Positions 11,640-22,031 of a DNA stretch of 64,000 nucleotides are shown piece after piece. Made by a program: the position numbers and the translations under genes. The stretch comes from Escherichia coli (GTDB lineage Bacteria > Pseudomonadota > Gammaproteobacteria > Enterobacterales > Enterobacteriaceae). The first letter of the stretch is position 1. Every line of letters begins with the position of its first letter. Below the pieces are notes generated by a model. The model had not been told where the DNA came from and did no database searches. It was given only the letters and a program-made list of their open reading frames with translations. The DNA lies in NCBI RefSeq assembly GCF_003334315.1, contig NZ_QOWR01000005.1, one strand, 5' to 3'.

Positions 11640-13307
11640 TTACTTCAGCGGCGAACGGTTACGATCAATGCCGTAGCGTTCGATCTCTTTATACGGCACG
11701 GTTTTTGACTGGCGCTTGCGCACATCTACCAGCGTCACACGGTCGGTACAGGAGTAGCAGGGATCAAGGCTACCGATAATCAGCGGTGCGTCAGAAACGG
11801 TATTGCCGCGCAGCATGTAACGCAACACCGGCCAGTTGGCGTAGGTGGCGGCACGGCAGCGCCAGCGGAACAATTTTTGGTTATCACCGAGCATGCTCCA
11901 GTGCACGTCTTCACCGCGTGGCGCTTCAACAAAGCCCAGCGCGAATGCGTGAGGTTTATAGCTAAAGCCTTCGGTCAGCAGTGGGGTATCCGGCATGTTG
12001 TCGAGGGCAAATTCCAGCATTGCCAGCGAATCAAACGTCTCTTTGACACGGACCATCACGCGGGAGAAAACATCGCCGCCGGTAAAGGTAAACAGTGTTT
12101 TTGGAATATTGCCGTAGTCGGCGTAGGGGTGATCAAAGCGCAAATCACGGGCGATTTGTCGGTCGAGAATGCCAATGCCCTGAGTGCGTTGTTCCATATT
12201 CGGCGTAGCAAGCAGCATCTCTACCAGCTCCGACACGTCGGCGCGCATCTCGCGCACCAGTTTCAGCGTTTGCAGACGTTGCTCTTTGAGAATATCGCGG
12301 CGAACACCACCAATCAGATTCAGACCGTAGGTTTTACGCGACCCGATCAGCAATTCCGCCATCGTCATCGACTTTTCCCGCACGCGGAAAAATTGCATAA
12401 AGCCGGTATCAAAACCAACGAAATGGCAGGAGAGGCCAAGGTTAAGCAAATGACTGTGTAGCCGTTCGACTTCCAGCAGAATCGAGCGAATAGTATGTGC
12501 TCGTTGCGGCACCTCAATCCCCAGTGCATTTTCAACCGAATTGGTATAGGCCACACTGTGGGCAAAACCGCAAATCCCACACACGCGGTCCGATAAGAAG
12601 GTCACTTCGTTGTAGCCCATCCGCGTTTCTGCCAGTTTCTCCATGCCGCGATGGACATAAAACAGGCGGTAATCAGCATCGACAATTTGCTCGCCATCCA
12701 CAAACAAGCGGAAGTGACCCGGTTCATCGGAGGTGATATGCAGCGGGCCGACAGAGATCACCCGCGCATCGCTGTTGCCCTCATTGATAAACGGATACGT
12801 TTCGGAATCAGTCGTCGGTTCAGGGCGCAGTCGATAATCCATCGCATCTTTGCGCAGCGGATGCATATCTTCCGGCCAGTCATCGGGCAACACCAGGCGA
12901 CGCTGATCCGGCAGGCCAACCGGAATCAGCCCGTACATATCGCGAATTTCTCGCTCGCCCCAGACCGCGGCAGGGACGCGCGGTGTGACTGACGGAAACT
13001 CCCGACTGTCGGCATCGACCAGCGCCTTCACCACAATCCAGCATTTTTCGGCCCCTTCCATTGAAAGGGCATAATAAACCGCGTAATGACCGTTAAGTGT
13101 CCGCTCGTCGTTGCCAAACAGGACCGGAAGCCAGCCATCATGTTGATAATAAAGATACTGTACAACGTCAGGCAGCAGATTGATTTTCACCGTAATGGTG
13201 ACCTGTTCAGGCGTTTGTCGCTCTTCATCCAGCACCGCGCCGGGGAACTGCGTTTTCAGGGCGGCGAGAATCGCTTCGCCACGATTTGACGATGAATTAA
13301 CGTTCAC
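11640..13307 (-). CDS. hyfG: hydrogenase-4 large catalytic subunit (NiFe, NuoCD-like)
   Basis: 555 codons from GTG 13307: (M)[24 protein letters not shown]...; C-terminal DPCYSCTDR nickel-binding motif; track ORF 13352 trimmed. Confidence 0.92.
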   Translation of the reverse strand: MNVNSSSNRGEAILAALKTQFPGAVLDEERQTPEQVTITVKINLLPDVVQYLYYQHDGWLPVLFGNDERTLNGHYAVYYALSMEGAEKCWIVVKALVDADSREFPSVTPRVPAAVWGEREIRDMYGLIPVGLPDQRRLVLPDDWPEDMHPLRKDAMDYRLRPEPTTDSETYPFINEGNSDARVISVGPLHITSDEPGHFRLFVDGEQIVDADYRLFYVHRGMEKLAETRMGYNEVTFLSDRVCGICGFAHSVAYTNSVENALGIEVPQRAHTIRSILLEVERLHSHLLNLGLSCHFVGFDTGFMQFFRVREKSMTMAELLIGSRKTYGLNLIGGVRRDILKEQRLQTLKLVREMRADVSELVEMLLATPNMEQRTQGIGILDRQIARDLRFDHPYADYGNIPKTLFTFTGGDVFSRVMVRVKETFDSLAMLEFALDNMPDTPLLTEGFSYKPHAFALGFVEAPRGEDVHWSMLGDNQKLFRWRCRAATYANWPVLRYMLRGNTVSDAPLIIGSLDPCYSCTDRVTLVDVRKRQSKTVPYKEIERYGIDRNRSPLK

Positions 13308-14877
13308 TGTGTTTCTCCGAAACAGATGCGGTGCCTGAAGGCAAAAAATCATGCCAGGTGCTACGTTGTGCAGGCAGATCGTGCGTCCCTGAGAGGACTA
13401 TAGTGGAAGCGCCCGCCAGGATCCTGATGACAGGTTGTGGAATATGCGTTCCCATCGCCAGCATCATGACCAGCAGAATCACCATTGGCGAGGTGGTCAA
13501 CCAGCCGAGATCACCCCGGTTAACGGCCTGCGGCGGTTTCGCCATTAACACCCGCGCAGCCATCCGTACCAGGCCCGCCAGCACCAGCGTTAACAGCAAT
13601 AACAGCAGGACGATAATCAGCAGGTGATTACGTGCCAGTCCGGCGGTAATGGTCATAAATTCGCTAAGAAAAATGTTGAAGGGCGGCATCCCTGCCAGCG
13701 CCAGCGCACCGCCGCCAAACAGCACGGCGGTAAATGGCATGATTTTGAGCATCCCACAGACGACGTTGAGATCGCGCGTGCCGTACTTGAGCAGTACATT
13801 GCCGGAACCGCAGAACAGCAGCGTTTTTGCCAGACTGTGGTTTAAGATGTGCAGCAGCGCGGCAAAAATTCCCAGCGGCCCGCCAATGCCTAGCTCCACC
13901 GCGACCAGCCCCATGTTCTCCACGCTGGAGTACGCCAGCAGACGCTTAATGTCCCGCTGTACCAGAATGAAAAATGCCGCCACGGCAACCGACAACATGC
14001 CGAAGATGAGCAACAACCGGTTGGGGAAATCGCTGCCGATGGCTTGGCAAATAATGATGTAATAGCGAATCAGCACCAACAGCGCGCAGTTCAGCACTAC
14101 GGCGGAGAGCAGGGCGCTGACCGGACTCGGCGCTTCACTGTGAGCATCCGGCAGCCAGGCGTGCATGGGAAATAGCCCGGTTTTGGTACCAAAGTCAATT
14201 AGCAAAAACACAAAGGCCAACAGCATTAATGTTGGGTCAAGCAAGGACGATTGCTTAAGAACCTCGCTCCAGAATATCGCCATTTCTGCCTGCGGCATAA
14301 CGCTGGCGGTGTTGGCGTATACCAGCACGGTACCGAACAGACCAAAAGCGACACCAACAGTACAAATAATGATGTACTTCCATGCAGCTTCCAGCGATGA
14401 ACGCTGACCGTAAATGCCTACCAGAAACGCCGAGCTTAAGGTGGTGGCTTCGATCGCCGCCCACATCACAATCAGGTTATTGCTGGTAACAACCAGCAGC
14501 ATGGTGAACAAAAACAGATGGAAGAAACCGTAGTAATCGCACAGCGTAACGGGTGAAAGCTCGCCGTGTGCCACTTCATGACGCATGTAGCCAATCGAGT
14601 AAATACCGGTGAGAAAGCCAATCACACCAAGAATGGCGAGGAACAAACCGCCCAGACCATCAATATGAAGCCACAGTCCCGCAGCGAATATTTCTCCTGC
14701 ATCAGCGGCAGTTTGGACCACCCAGAGTGCCAGAATCAGCAGCAGTGTGATCCCTAAGCTATGTAATACGGTCACCGTGCGAGTCGCAGAAAGTCTCCGT
14801 TTCCGGCAGGCAAAACAGAGCAGCGAAAAAAGCAGCGGCGTGAGCAGGAGTAAAGCGAACATCACAGAATAACTCAT
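13297..14877 (-). CDS. hyfF: hydrogenase-4 membrane subunit (NuoL/M/N antiporter-like)
   Basis: 526-codon [33 protein letters not shown]..., polytopic. Confidence 0.94.
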   Translation of the reverse strand: MSYSVMFALLLLTPLLFSLLCFACRKRRLSATRTVTVLHSLGITLLLILALWVVQTAADAGEIFAAGLWLHIDGLGGLFLAILGVIGFLTGIYSIGYMRHEVAHGELSPVTLCDYYGFFHLFLFTMLLVVTSNNLIVMWAAIEATTLSSAFLVGIYGQRSSLEAAWKYIIICTVGVAFGLFGTVLVYANTASVMPQAEMAIFWSEVLKQSSLLDPTLMLLAFVFLLIDFGTKTGLFPMHAWLPDAHSEAPSPVSALLSAVVLNCALLVLIRYYIIICQAIGSDFPNRLLLIFGMLSVAVAAFFILVQRDIKRLLAYSSVENMGLVAVELGIGGPLGIFAALLHILNHSLAKTLLFCGSGNVLLKYGTRDLNVVCGMLKIMPFTAVLFGGGALALAGMPPFNIFLSEFMTITAGLARNHLLIIVLLLLLLTLVLAGLVRMAARVLMAKPPQAVNRGDLGWLTTSPMVILLVMMLAMGTHIPQPVIRILAGASTIVLSGTHDLPAQRSTWHDFLPSGTASVSEKHSER

Positions 14878-14881
14878 CTCA

Positions 14882-15532
14882 TTATCCCTTCAGCGCGGTC
14901 AAGTTGTTCACGTCCAGCGTGCCGTGGGTACGCCATATTTTTCTTGCCAGTAACACCATCACAATGACGGCGAAGATGGCGTCGGTAGCGATACCTATTT
15001 CCACCAGTTCCGGTGCTCGCCAGGCAAGAAGCGCCAGCACCAGATGGGAGCCGTTTTCCATCAGGCAGTAACCAAAAATTTGCCGCAGGATATTGCGCTG
15101 GCTGACAATGCACAGCAGGCCAAGCAGAAAATGACCTAACGCTACCGCCAGCGCCGGTTTCAGCCCGGTAGCCATCGGTAGCTTCACGGGCTGAACGACA
15201 AATGCGCAAAGCAGGACAATTAACGCCGCGAGCAGTGCCATCATTGCCGGACCGAATAACGCTTTTTCCGGGATGTTCTGGGGAATATTTCGTGCAGCGT
15301 AAGTCATGATTAACGGTACCAGCAGCACTTTGGTGATAAAGGCGCTGGCGGACCAGATCAGCAGTTGCTCTGCGGCGAACAGGCACGAGAGGGTGGCGAA
15401 AATAGACACCAGCACCAGTGACTGGCAGGCGTAAAATCCGCATGACAGGCGATAGCTTTTGACGCTAATCACAAACAGTGATGTCAGCATCATCAGTCCC
15501 GCCAGATTATTTACGATCATAGAACCGGTCAT
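14882..15532 (-). CDS. hyfE: hydrogenase-4 membrane subunit
   Basis: 216-codon [33 protein letters not shown]... Confidence 0.93.
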   Translation of the reverse strand: MTGSMIVNNLAGLMMLTSLFVISVKSYRLSCGFYACQSLVLVSIFATLSCLFAAEQLLIWSASAFITKVLLVPLIMTYAARNIPQNIPEKALFGPAMMALLAALIVLLCAFVVQPVKLPMATGLKPALAVALGHFLLGLLCIVSQRNILRQIFGYCLMENGSHLVLALLAWRAPELVEIGIATDAIFAVIVMVLLARKIWRTHGTLDVNNLTALKG

Positions 15533-15543
15533 TCATCATCTCC

Positions 15544-16982
15544 TTACTGCAACCAGGTCGCGGCGATTACGCTGGAAATCAGCGACATCACAATCAGTAC
15601 AATCAACACCAGGCGCATTGACCCTGGCAGCGGTGCGGCATCGGCGACGGCCTCGCTCGGTTTGCCAGGCACGACGCGACCAAACCAGCGAATAAACCAG
15701 GCGAAACTGGCGACCGATTCAATCATCAGCAGAATCATGGCGGGCAGCAGGATCCAGTACTCCACTGACAACGCAAAACCGGCAGCAAACAGCGGGAATT
15801 TACTGAAGAAGCCGTTGAACGGCGGCACGCCGGTAATTGCCAGCGCTGCCACGCAGAAACCCACGCCAGGCAACGGCAGGGTGTGCAATACGCCACGCAG
15901 ACGCGGCAACAAGCGCGTGCCGCAGCTGTAACTCAGCGCACCTGCTACAAGGAAAAACAGGCTTTTAGCGAACGCGTGGTTGACGATGTAGGCGATGCTA
16001 CCCTCCAGCGCCAGCCGCGAGCCGAAGATGGAGAGCGACAAGCCGAAGAACATCCAGCCAAGTTGAGTGATGGTCGACCAGGCCAGCAACCGCTTCATAT
16101 CCTGCTGTGGCAAATACATCAGAAATCCATAAAGAATGGTGACCAGGGCCATGACCATGCCAACGCCGCCAATCACATGCGGGATATTGCCGCCGTCGAT
16201 AATGGCGCGGGCAAAAATGTAAACGCCCACTTTCACCATCGATGCGGCGTGGAGATAGGCGCTGATCGGTGTTGGCGCTTCCATTGCGTCCGGTAGCCAC
16301 GCTTGCATCGGTAGCTGGGCCGATTTCCCCCACGCGGCAAACAGGATGCCGCCATAAACCAGATAACGTGCGTCGCCGTGTAACTCGCTCATCGCGCTAA
16401 GCGCAAACGTTCCGGTCTGCAAAAACAGCGTGGCGGCGGCAAGATACAACCCCAACGAGCCGATATGAGTGATAAGTAACGCTTTTAGTGCTGAACGCTG
16501 CGCTTTATCGCTCTGGTAATAACTGATCAACGCCCAGGAGCAGCCGCCCGTAATTTCAAAAAACAACAACTGACCGAGCAGCGTCGAGGAGAGTACCAGT
16601 CCCGCCATCGCGCCGATAAACACCAGCAAAAATGCGTAATAACGATTCGTGCCGTTATGCGGGTGTTCGCGATTTTTATCCGTCAGATAACCCGTGGAGT
16701 AGATCGTGACCAGCAAACCGAGAAACACCACCACAAACAGAATCAGCGTACTCACGCGATCAATGACCAGGCCAAACAATGCCACATCCCCCACGTTGAC
16801 CAACGTCAACGTGACGGCAACTTTATCGGCCTGATAAAACGCGGAGATCAGCGACAACATGCACAGCGTGGTCAGTGCGGCGAACAAAACCCCCATTCGG
16901 CGGCCCGACGTTGTGGCGAAAACGAAACGACCAGTGCGCCGATAAAAGGCAGCATTAACGTCGTCAGAGCAAGATTTTCCAT
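15544..16982 (-). pseudogene. hyfD: hydrogenase-4 membrane subunit HyfD, interrupted by a frameshift in a G5/C5 run (16890-16894)
   Basis: ATG 16982 gives MENLALTTLMLPFIGALVVSFSPQRRAAEWG then stops at 16874-16872; the 450-codon body (15544-16896) is in the adjacent frame; joining with one extra G gives 479 aa. Confidence 0.8.
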
Positions 16983-16998
16983 ATTCCGTCAGTGCTCC

Positions 16999-17945
16999 TT
17001 ACAGACCGGTTAACCAGAAGACCCATGCAAGCGCAGCAAGGCTGAAGCCAAGCCAGGTCACATGGTGAATGAGTAAAAAACGCCCGCATGCCAGCGTGTT
17101 TTCTGCGATTGAAGCCAGTACAAAAATCAGCAAAACCTTGAGCAGCGTAACGACAAGTGAAGTCAGCAGGCAGGTGAGAGAAAGTTCTTGCGCGCGCCCA
17201 AAGGGCAGAAACAGGGCCACAAACAGTGCTGCCATCACGACCTGTTTCAGCCCCAGCCCCCATTTCGCCAACGCCAGCCCGGCACCGGAATATTCGGTCA
17301 GCGGGCCTTCCTGTAATTCCTGTTCTGCTTCAGCAACATCAAAGGGAATTTTTCCCATCTCTATGAAGCAGGCAAAACCACAGGCCAGTAACGCCAGTAC
17401 GGTGGTTAGCGGCGAGTTCCAGCCCATCGCCAGCGTATTGCTGATCATCTCGATATGCGTGGAATCCGCTATCAGCGCCAATACCAGCAGTGAGAGAATG
17501 AGCATGGGTTCGACCAGAATGCCGAGCGTCAACTCGCGACTGGCACCGACTCCCGCAAACGGGCTTCCGGTATCCAGCCCTGAAAGAGCAAAGAAAAAAC
17601 GAAACAGGGCAAGAAGATAGATAAGGGTGATCAGATCGCCGCCGCCCGCAAAAGGGAAACGGTAATAAACAGTGGTAGGGCCATCGCCAGCACCAGCATG
17701 CTGCTGATTAATACCCACGGCATCAGGCGGAACATCAGACCTGAAGATATAGGCGCAACTTCCTGGCGTTTAAACAGTTTGTGGATATCGCGATAATCCT
17801 GCCAGATCTCCGGCCCGCGGCGGGAGTGCATACGCGCGCGTATCTGCCGGGAAATACCCGTAAAAAGTGGGGTTAGCATCAGCAGAATCACGGCCTGTGC
17901 TAACGCAAAAATGACCAGATATCCGTCGCAAAGAGTTTGTCTCAT
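16999..17945 (-). pseudogene. hyfC: hydrogenase-4 membrane subunit HyfC (NuoH-like), interrupted by a frameshift in a G3/C3 run (17654-17656)
   Basis: ATG 17945 gives MRQTLCDGYLVIFALAQ...PLFITVS then LLRAAAI-stop (17631); remainder (...PFAGGGDLITLIYLL... to 16999) is in the adjacent frame; joined length 315 aa. Confidence 0.8.
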
Positions 17946-17955
17946 GGTGATTTCC

Positions 17956-19974
17956 TTAGACGGCAATAGCGATTAGCAGCACAACCAGTGCGGCGACCAC
18001 ATACAGGCAATAGAGACGAAAGTCGCCGCTTTGCAGATGCTGTATTTCTTTGGCCAGCCGTTGGGTGGCGCTCACGATGGGGCGGATCACCCGCTCATCC
18101 CAGAAGGGTTCTGTGCTCTGAGCCCTGGCGGTGACGTGCGCAAGACCTTTATTTAGCCTCAGCGTAGGGTCGAGCTGTTGTCGTAGACGAAATAGCGCAG
18201 AAAAGACCACACGCAGCGGCTGCATCACGCCATTGCCTGACGGGGCCATCGCATTTTCCCAGCTGTAGCCGCATGCCCAGGCATCTCCTGTGCGACGAAA
18301 CGCTGCGCGGCGCGAACGACACCACAGCCAGTAAAGGCCAGGCAGCAAAGGCATCGCCAGTAGTAACAGCAACAGTAATGAAGGAGTGACCCGTGTATGA
18401 AACGTGCCGGGTACAAGTGCTATTCCGCTGGCGACAGTGACGGGAGGGGTATCGGTAAACGCATGGGCAATATGCATTATCTTCGGTGCCAGCCAACTGG
18501 CACTAAGCGCAATTAATACGCAGAGTGCCGCGAGCAGTAGCATGGCGACGATCATCGTATTTGGCACTTCCTGTGCCTCTTCAGCGTGTGTACTGCGCGG
18601 CGCACCACAGAAAGTAATACCGTACATTTTTACGAAGCACATTACTGCCAGCCCACCAGTGACTGCCAGCATTACCATAGCAATAGGACCCGCAAGTTGT
18701 AGCGCTACGGCTTCCACACGACTTAGTGAGAACAGCGACTGCCAGGTGTACCATTCGCTGATAAAATCATTCAGCGGAGGAAGGGCTGATATCGCCAGGC
18801 AACCAATCAGGCATGCTGCGGCTGTCCACGGCATCCGTTTCGCCAGTGCCCCCATTTTTTCCATGTCGTGGGTATGCAAACGCGAAATAATCGCGCCCGC
18901 GCCGAGAAATAGCAGCCCTTTGAACAGCGCATGGTTGAGCAGATGAAACAGTGCGCCGAGCAGTCCAACCACGGTGAGCAGCGGGTCGTGCAGTGACAGA
19001 CCGACCATCGCCACACCGACCGCCAGCAAAATAATGCCGACGTTTTCGACGGTACTCCAGGCCAGTAGCCGTTTGATATCCTGTTCCGCCAGCGCATACA
19101 GCACGCCCAGGAGCGCGGAGATTGCGCCGATCGCCATCACCAGAATGCCCCACCACAGCGGCAAACCCGTTTGCGCCAGCAGATCCATCGCCACTTTCAG
19201 GATGCCGAAAATACCGATTTTGACCATTACGCCAGACATCAACGCTGAAGCGTGCGATGGTGCGGCAGGGTGAGCGCGCGGCAACCAGCTGTGCAACGGC
19301 ATCATCCCGGCTTTCGCGCCAAAACCGAAAAAGGCCAGCAGGAACACCGCCGACGCCAGCCCCGGAGAAAGTGAAAGCGTGCGGAAACTGGCAAAATCGA
19401 GGCTGCCGCTTTCGCGCCCCATCAGCAAGAAGGCGATCATTATCAGCACCGATCCGGCGTGGGCGATAAAAAAGTAGAGCATGCCAGCGTTGATCGACGT
19501 TTTATCCTGCCTGGCAATGACCAGAAACCAGGAAGACAGCGACATCATTTCAAACAGCACGATGAACCAAAAAGCGTTGTCCATCACCAGCAGGGCAACC
19601 ATCGATGCGATGAAAAGATTCATAAAGAAGCCCATCGCCGCCGCGCCTTTGCCCTCGTATTCGCGCATATAAGTCAATGAATAGAGCGAACAAACCACCA
19701 CCAGCAAGGAGATAACCAGCACCATAAATGCCGAGAGGCTATCCATTCGCAGGGTTAAATCGGCAAAGTCAAAAGGGGTGGCAAAATGGGCGACTAAAGT
19801 TACACCAGCATGTAATTGCGTAATTCCGCTGATGATGCCAATCACGCCGCCCACCAGCGATGTGATGCTGGAAAGCTTAATAGCCAGTCTGTCCAGACCG
19901 AGTAAAAACAGCGAAGCCAGACTGGCAAACAGATAGAGGATCAGCGACCAGGTTAATAATTGCAGGGCATCCAT
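17956..19974 (-). CDS. hyfB: hydrogenase-4 membrane subunit (NuoL/MrpA antiporter-like)
   Basis: 672-codon ORF MDALQLLTWSLILYLFASLASLFLLGLDRL... Confidence 0.95.
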   Translation of the reverse strand: MDALQLLTWSLILYLFASLASLFLLGLDRLAIKLSSITSLVGGVIGIISGITQLHAGVTLVAHFATPFDFADLTLRMDSLSAFMVLVISLLVVVCSLYSLTYMREYEGKGAAAMGFFMNLFIASMVALLVMDNAFWFIVLFEMMSLSSWFLVIARQDKTSINAGMLYFFIAHAGSVLIMIAFLLMGRESGSLDFASFRTLSLSPGLASAVFLLAFFGFGAKAGMMPLHSWLPRAHPAAPSHASALMSGVMVKIGIFGILKVAMDLLAQTGLPLWWGILVMAIGAISALLGVLYALAEQDIKRLLAWSTVENVGIILLAVGVAMVGLSLHDPLLTVVGLLGALFHLLNHALFKGLLFLGAGAIISRLHTHDMEKMGALAKRMPWTAAACLIGCLAISALPPLNDFISEWYTWQSLFSLSRVEAVALQLAGPIAMVMLAVTGGLAVMCFVKMYGITFCGAPRSTHAEEAQEVPNTMIVAMLLLAALCVLIALSASWLAPKIMHIAHAFTDTPPVTVASGIALVPGTFHTRVTPSLLLLLLLAMPLLPGLYWLWCRSRRAAFRRTGDAWACGYSWENAMAPSGNGVMQPLRVVFSALFRLRQQLDPTLRLNKGLAHVTARAQSTEPFWDERVIRPIVSATQRLAKEIQHLQSGDFRLYCLYVVAALVVLLIAIAV

Positions 19975-20591
19975 TAGCGTTGCTCCTGAGTGAGGGAAAG
20001 GGGATCCTCCCCGCCATTGGCAAACCAGCTTGCGGCAAGGCGCTGTTTTTCTTTCATCTGACGTTGCAGGCTATCGTCGGTGATCAGCCGTAACGCCTGA
20101 TTCGGGCAAGCGCGAACGCAGGCCGGACCTTCTGGCAAGAAATCACACAGGTCGCATTTCACCGCGACGGTCTGGACACCCGGTTCCCAGCGCAGCAACG
20201 CATGTTGGGGCAGCACGTTTTCTTCGCCGTTTTTGAGTGAGCCTTCAGCCTGAAAAACATATTGCGCATGGGCATTCACCGGACGGCTTCCTGAAGCGCT
20301 GATTGCGCCAAATGGGCAGACCACGGCGCAAAGCTTGCAGCCAATACAGAGGCTTTCGTTGAGTTGGATCGCATCATCCCTCTGAGAGATGGCATTGACC
20401 GGGCAGACCTGCAGGCAAGGGGCTTCCTCACAGTGATGACACACGACAGGGGCAGTGATTGTTGACGTCTTCGCCAGGGCCAGGCGCGGGTGTTGCTGTA
20501 AACCTTGCGTTTTATGCACGTCCGAACAGGCAGCGAGACAGGTATTACATCCTGTACACCACAGTGGTTCGGCCACCACAAAGCGGTTCAT
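19974..20591 (-). CDS. hyfA: hydrogenase-4 4Fe-4S ferredoxin subunit
   Basis: 205 codons from ATG 20591: MNRFVVAEPLWCTGCNTCLAACSDVH...; four CxxCxxCxxxCP-type clusters; upstream ATG 20630 lies upstream of the predicted sigma-54 start site. Confidence 0.92.
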   Translation of the reverse strand: MNRFVVAEPLWCTGCNTCLAACSDVHKTQGLQQHPRLALAKTSTITAPVVCHHCEEAPCLQVCPVNAISQRDDAIQLNESLCIGCKLCAVVCPFGAISASGSRPVNAHAQYVFQAEGSLKNGEENVLPQHALLRWEPGVQTVAVKCDLCDFLPEGPACVRACPNQALRLITDDSLQRQMKEKQRLAASWFANGGEDPLSLTQEQR

Positions 20592-20632
20592 GTCGGCTCC
20601 TTGAAAATGATATGAAACATTGCATTTCATAT

Positions 20633-20648
20633 TGCATAAAGGATGCCA
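20633..20648 (-). promoter_or_regulatory. sigma-54 (-24/-12) promoter of the hyf operon
   Basis: Minus strand TGGCATCCTTTATGCA: GG at -24 and GC at -12 with canonical spacing (consensus TGGCAC-N5-TTGCA), about 30-40 nt upstream of hyfA ATG. Confidence 0.75.
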
Positions 20649-20843
20649 TTCTGATTAACTCAATATATTCAATAAGTTATGTATTAACTGGATTCTGAAC
20701 GGTACAAAAATGATGGTCATTAACGTTCAGCAAAAAATGGATTCGACACCCGTGTCGCAGGGGAAAGCGAGAATGTGATCTTCATCACGAGAAGTGAGGT
20801 ATGCTGGCCGCAAGCGCAGCCAGCACGGAATGGAGCAAAGTAA

Positions 20844-21314
20844 TCAGGCGTGTTCTTTCAGCCAGTTCAGCACAACGTCGTGGTGATTGCTGGTTTTGAA
20901 ATCGTCAAAGACATGTTCGATTTTGCCATCAGCGTCAATCAGGAAGCTGATGCGATGAATGCCATCGTAGGTTTTGCCCATGAAGGACTTTTCACCCCAG
21001 ACGCCGAATTGTTCGCACACCTGGTGGTCCTCATCAGACAGGAGCGTAAAGTTAAGCAGCTCTTTTTCCGCAAAACGGGAGAGTTTTTCGGGTTTATCGG
21101 TGCTGATACCCAGCACATCAACGCCCGCTTTTTTCAACTCATCCATGTTATCGCGTAAGCCGCAGGCCTGTACGGTACAGCCGGGGGTCATGGCTTTCGG
21201 GTAGAAATAAACCAGAACACGCTGTCCCTGGAAGTCGGTCAAATTAACTTGTTCTCCGTCTTGATCCGGCAAGCTAAATTTCGGTGCGATATCACCGGCT
21301 TTCAGTGGATTCAT
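20844..21314 (-). CDS. bcp: thiol peroxidase / bacterioferritin comigratory protein (peroxiredoxin)
   Basis: 156-codon ORF MNPLKAGDIAPKFSLPDQDGEQVNLTDFQGQRVLVYFYPKAMTPGCTVQACG... Confidence 0.96.
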   Translation of the reverse strand: MNPLKAGDIAPKFSLPDQDGEQVNLTDFQGQRVLVYFYPKAMTPGCTVQACGLRDNMDELKKAGVDVLGISTDKPEKLSRFAEKELLNFTLLSDEDHQVCEQFGVWGEKSFMGKTYDGIHRISFLIDADGKIEHVFDDFKTSNHHDVVLNWLKEHA

Positions 21315-21886
21315 TACTTAACTCCATCCTGTTCATCATGTTGGGAATAATTGACGACGTTAATACTGCCTTGTGCATTGAGTTCTGTACATAGGGCTTT
21401 GAACGCTTGCTCAATATTTGCTGCGTCCGCAGATGCGGGGCTGTGGGCGGTTATCTGAATATGCAACTGCGCAGCCCGTTCATTTTCAGCAGGTTGCGTG
21501 CGCGACACCAGCTCCGCAATGTTCATATGATGCGCGTCGAAAAGTGCTGTGAAGCGTTCAATTAAATGCGGGGAGTCTGCCACATCGACCTGAACCCAGA
21601 CAGATGCTGGCATTGGCGGACGCGGACGCGCCGTCGTGCGCTTCATCACGATTAAAAGATCCAGTTCGGCACCTTTCAACGGTAACGTTGATTCAATCAG
21701 AGTAATGGCATTCCATGAACCGGAAAGCAGCATAATAAACGTGAACTCTTCTCCCAGCATCGCCAGGCGACTGTCTTCAATATTACAGCCGCAACTACTG
21801 ACATGACGGGTGATGGTGTTCACAATTCCAGGGCGATCGGCACCCAACGCAGTGATCACCAGATAATGTTGCGATGACAGTGTCAA
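21314..21886 (-). CDS. gcvR: glycine cleavage system transcriptional repressor (ACT domains)
   Basis: 190 codons from TTG 21886 (MTLSSQHYLVITALGADRPGIVNTITRHVSS...), AAGGA SD 9 nt upstream; track ORF extends to 21952; start uncertain. Confidence 0.88.
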   Translation of the reverse strand: MTLSSQHYLVITALGADRPGIVNTITRHVSSCGCNIEDSRLAMLGEEFTFIMLLSGSWNAITLIESTLPLKGAELDLLIVMKRTTARPRPPMPASVWVQVDVADSPHLIERFTALFDAHHMNIAELVSRTQPAENERAAQLHIQITAHSPASADAANIEQAFKALCTELNAQGSINVVNYSQHDEQDGVK

Positions 21887-22031
21887 ACTGGTTATTCCTT
21901 TAAGGGGTGAGTTGTTCTTAAGGAAAGCATAAAAAAAACATGCATACAACAATCAGAACGGTTCTGTCTGCTTGCTTTTAATGCCATACCAAACGTACCA
22001 TTGAGACACTTGTTTGCACAGAGGATGGCCC

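Larger units (their letters stand above)
7882..20648 (-). other. hyf: hydrogenase-4 (hyf) locus: sigma-54 promoter, hyfABCDEFGHIJ and activator gene hyfR
   Basis: Eleven co-oriented, tightly spaced or overlapping ORFs recognisable as HyfA-J and HyfR; hyfC and hyfD are frameshifted in this sequence. Confidence 0.9.

Noticed and set aside
16890-17656. Programmed ribosomal frameshifting as the explanation for the hyfC/hyfD frame breaks
   Set aside because: Neither site has a canonical slippery heptamer or an obvious downstream stimulatory structure; a simple homopolymer indel (real or technical) is more parsimonious.
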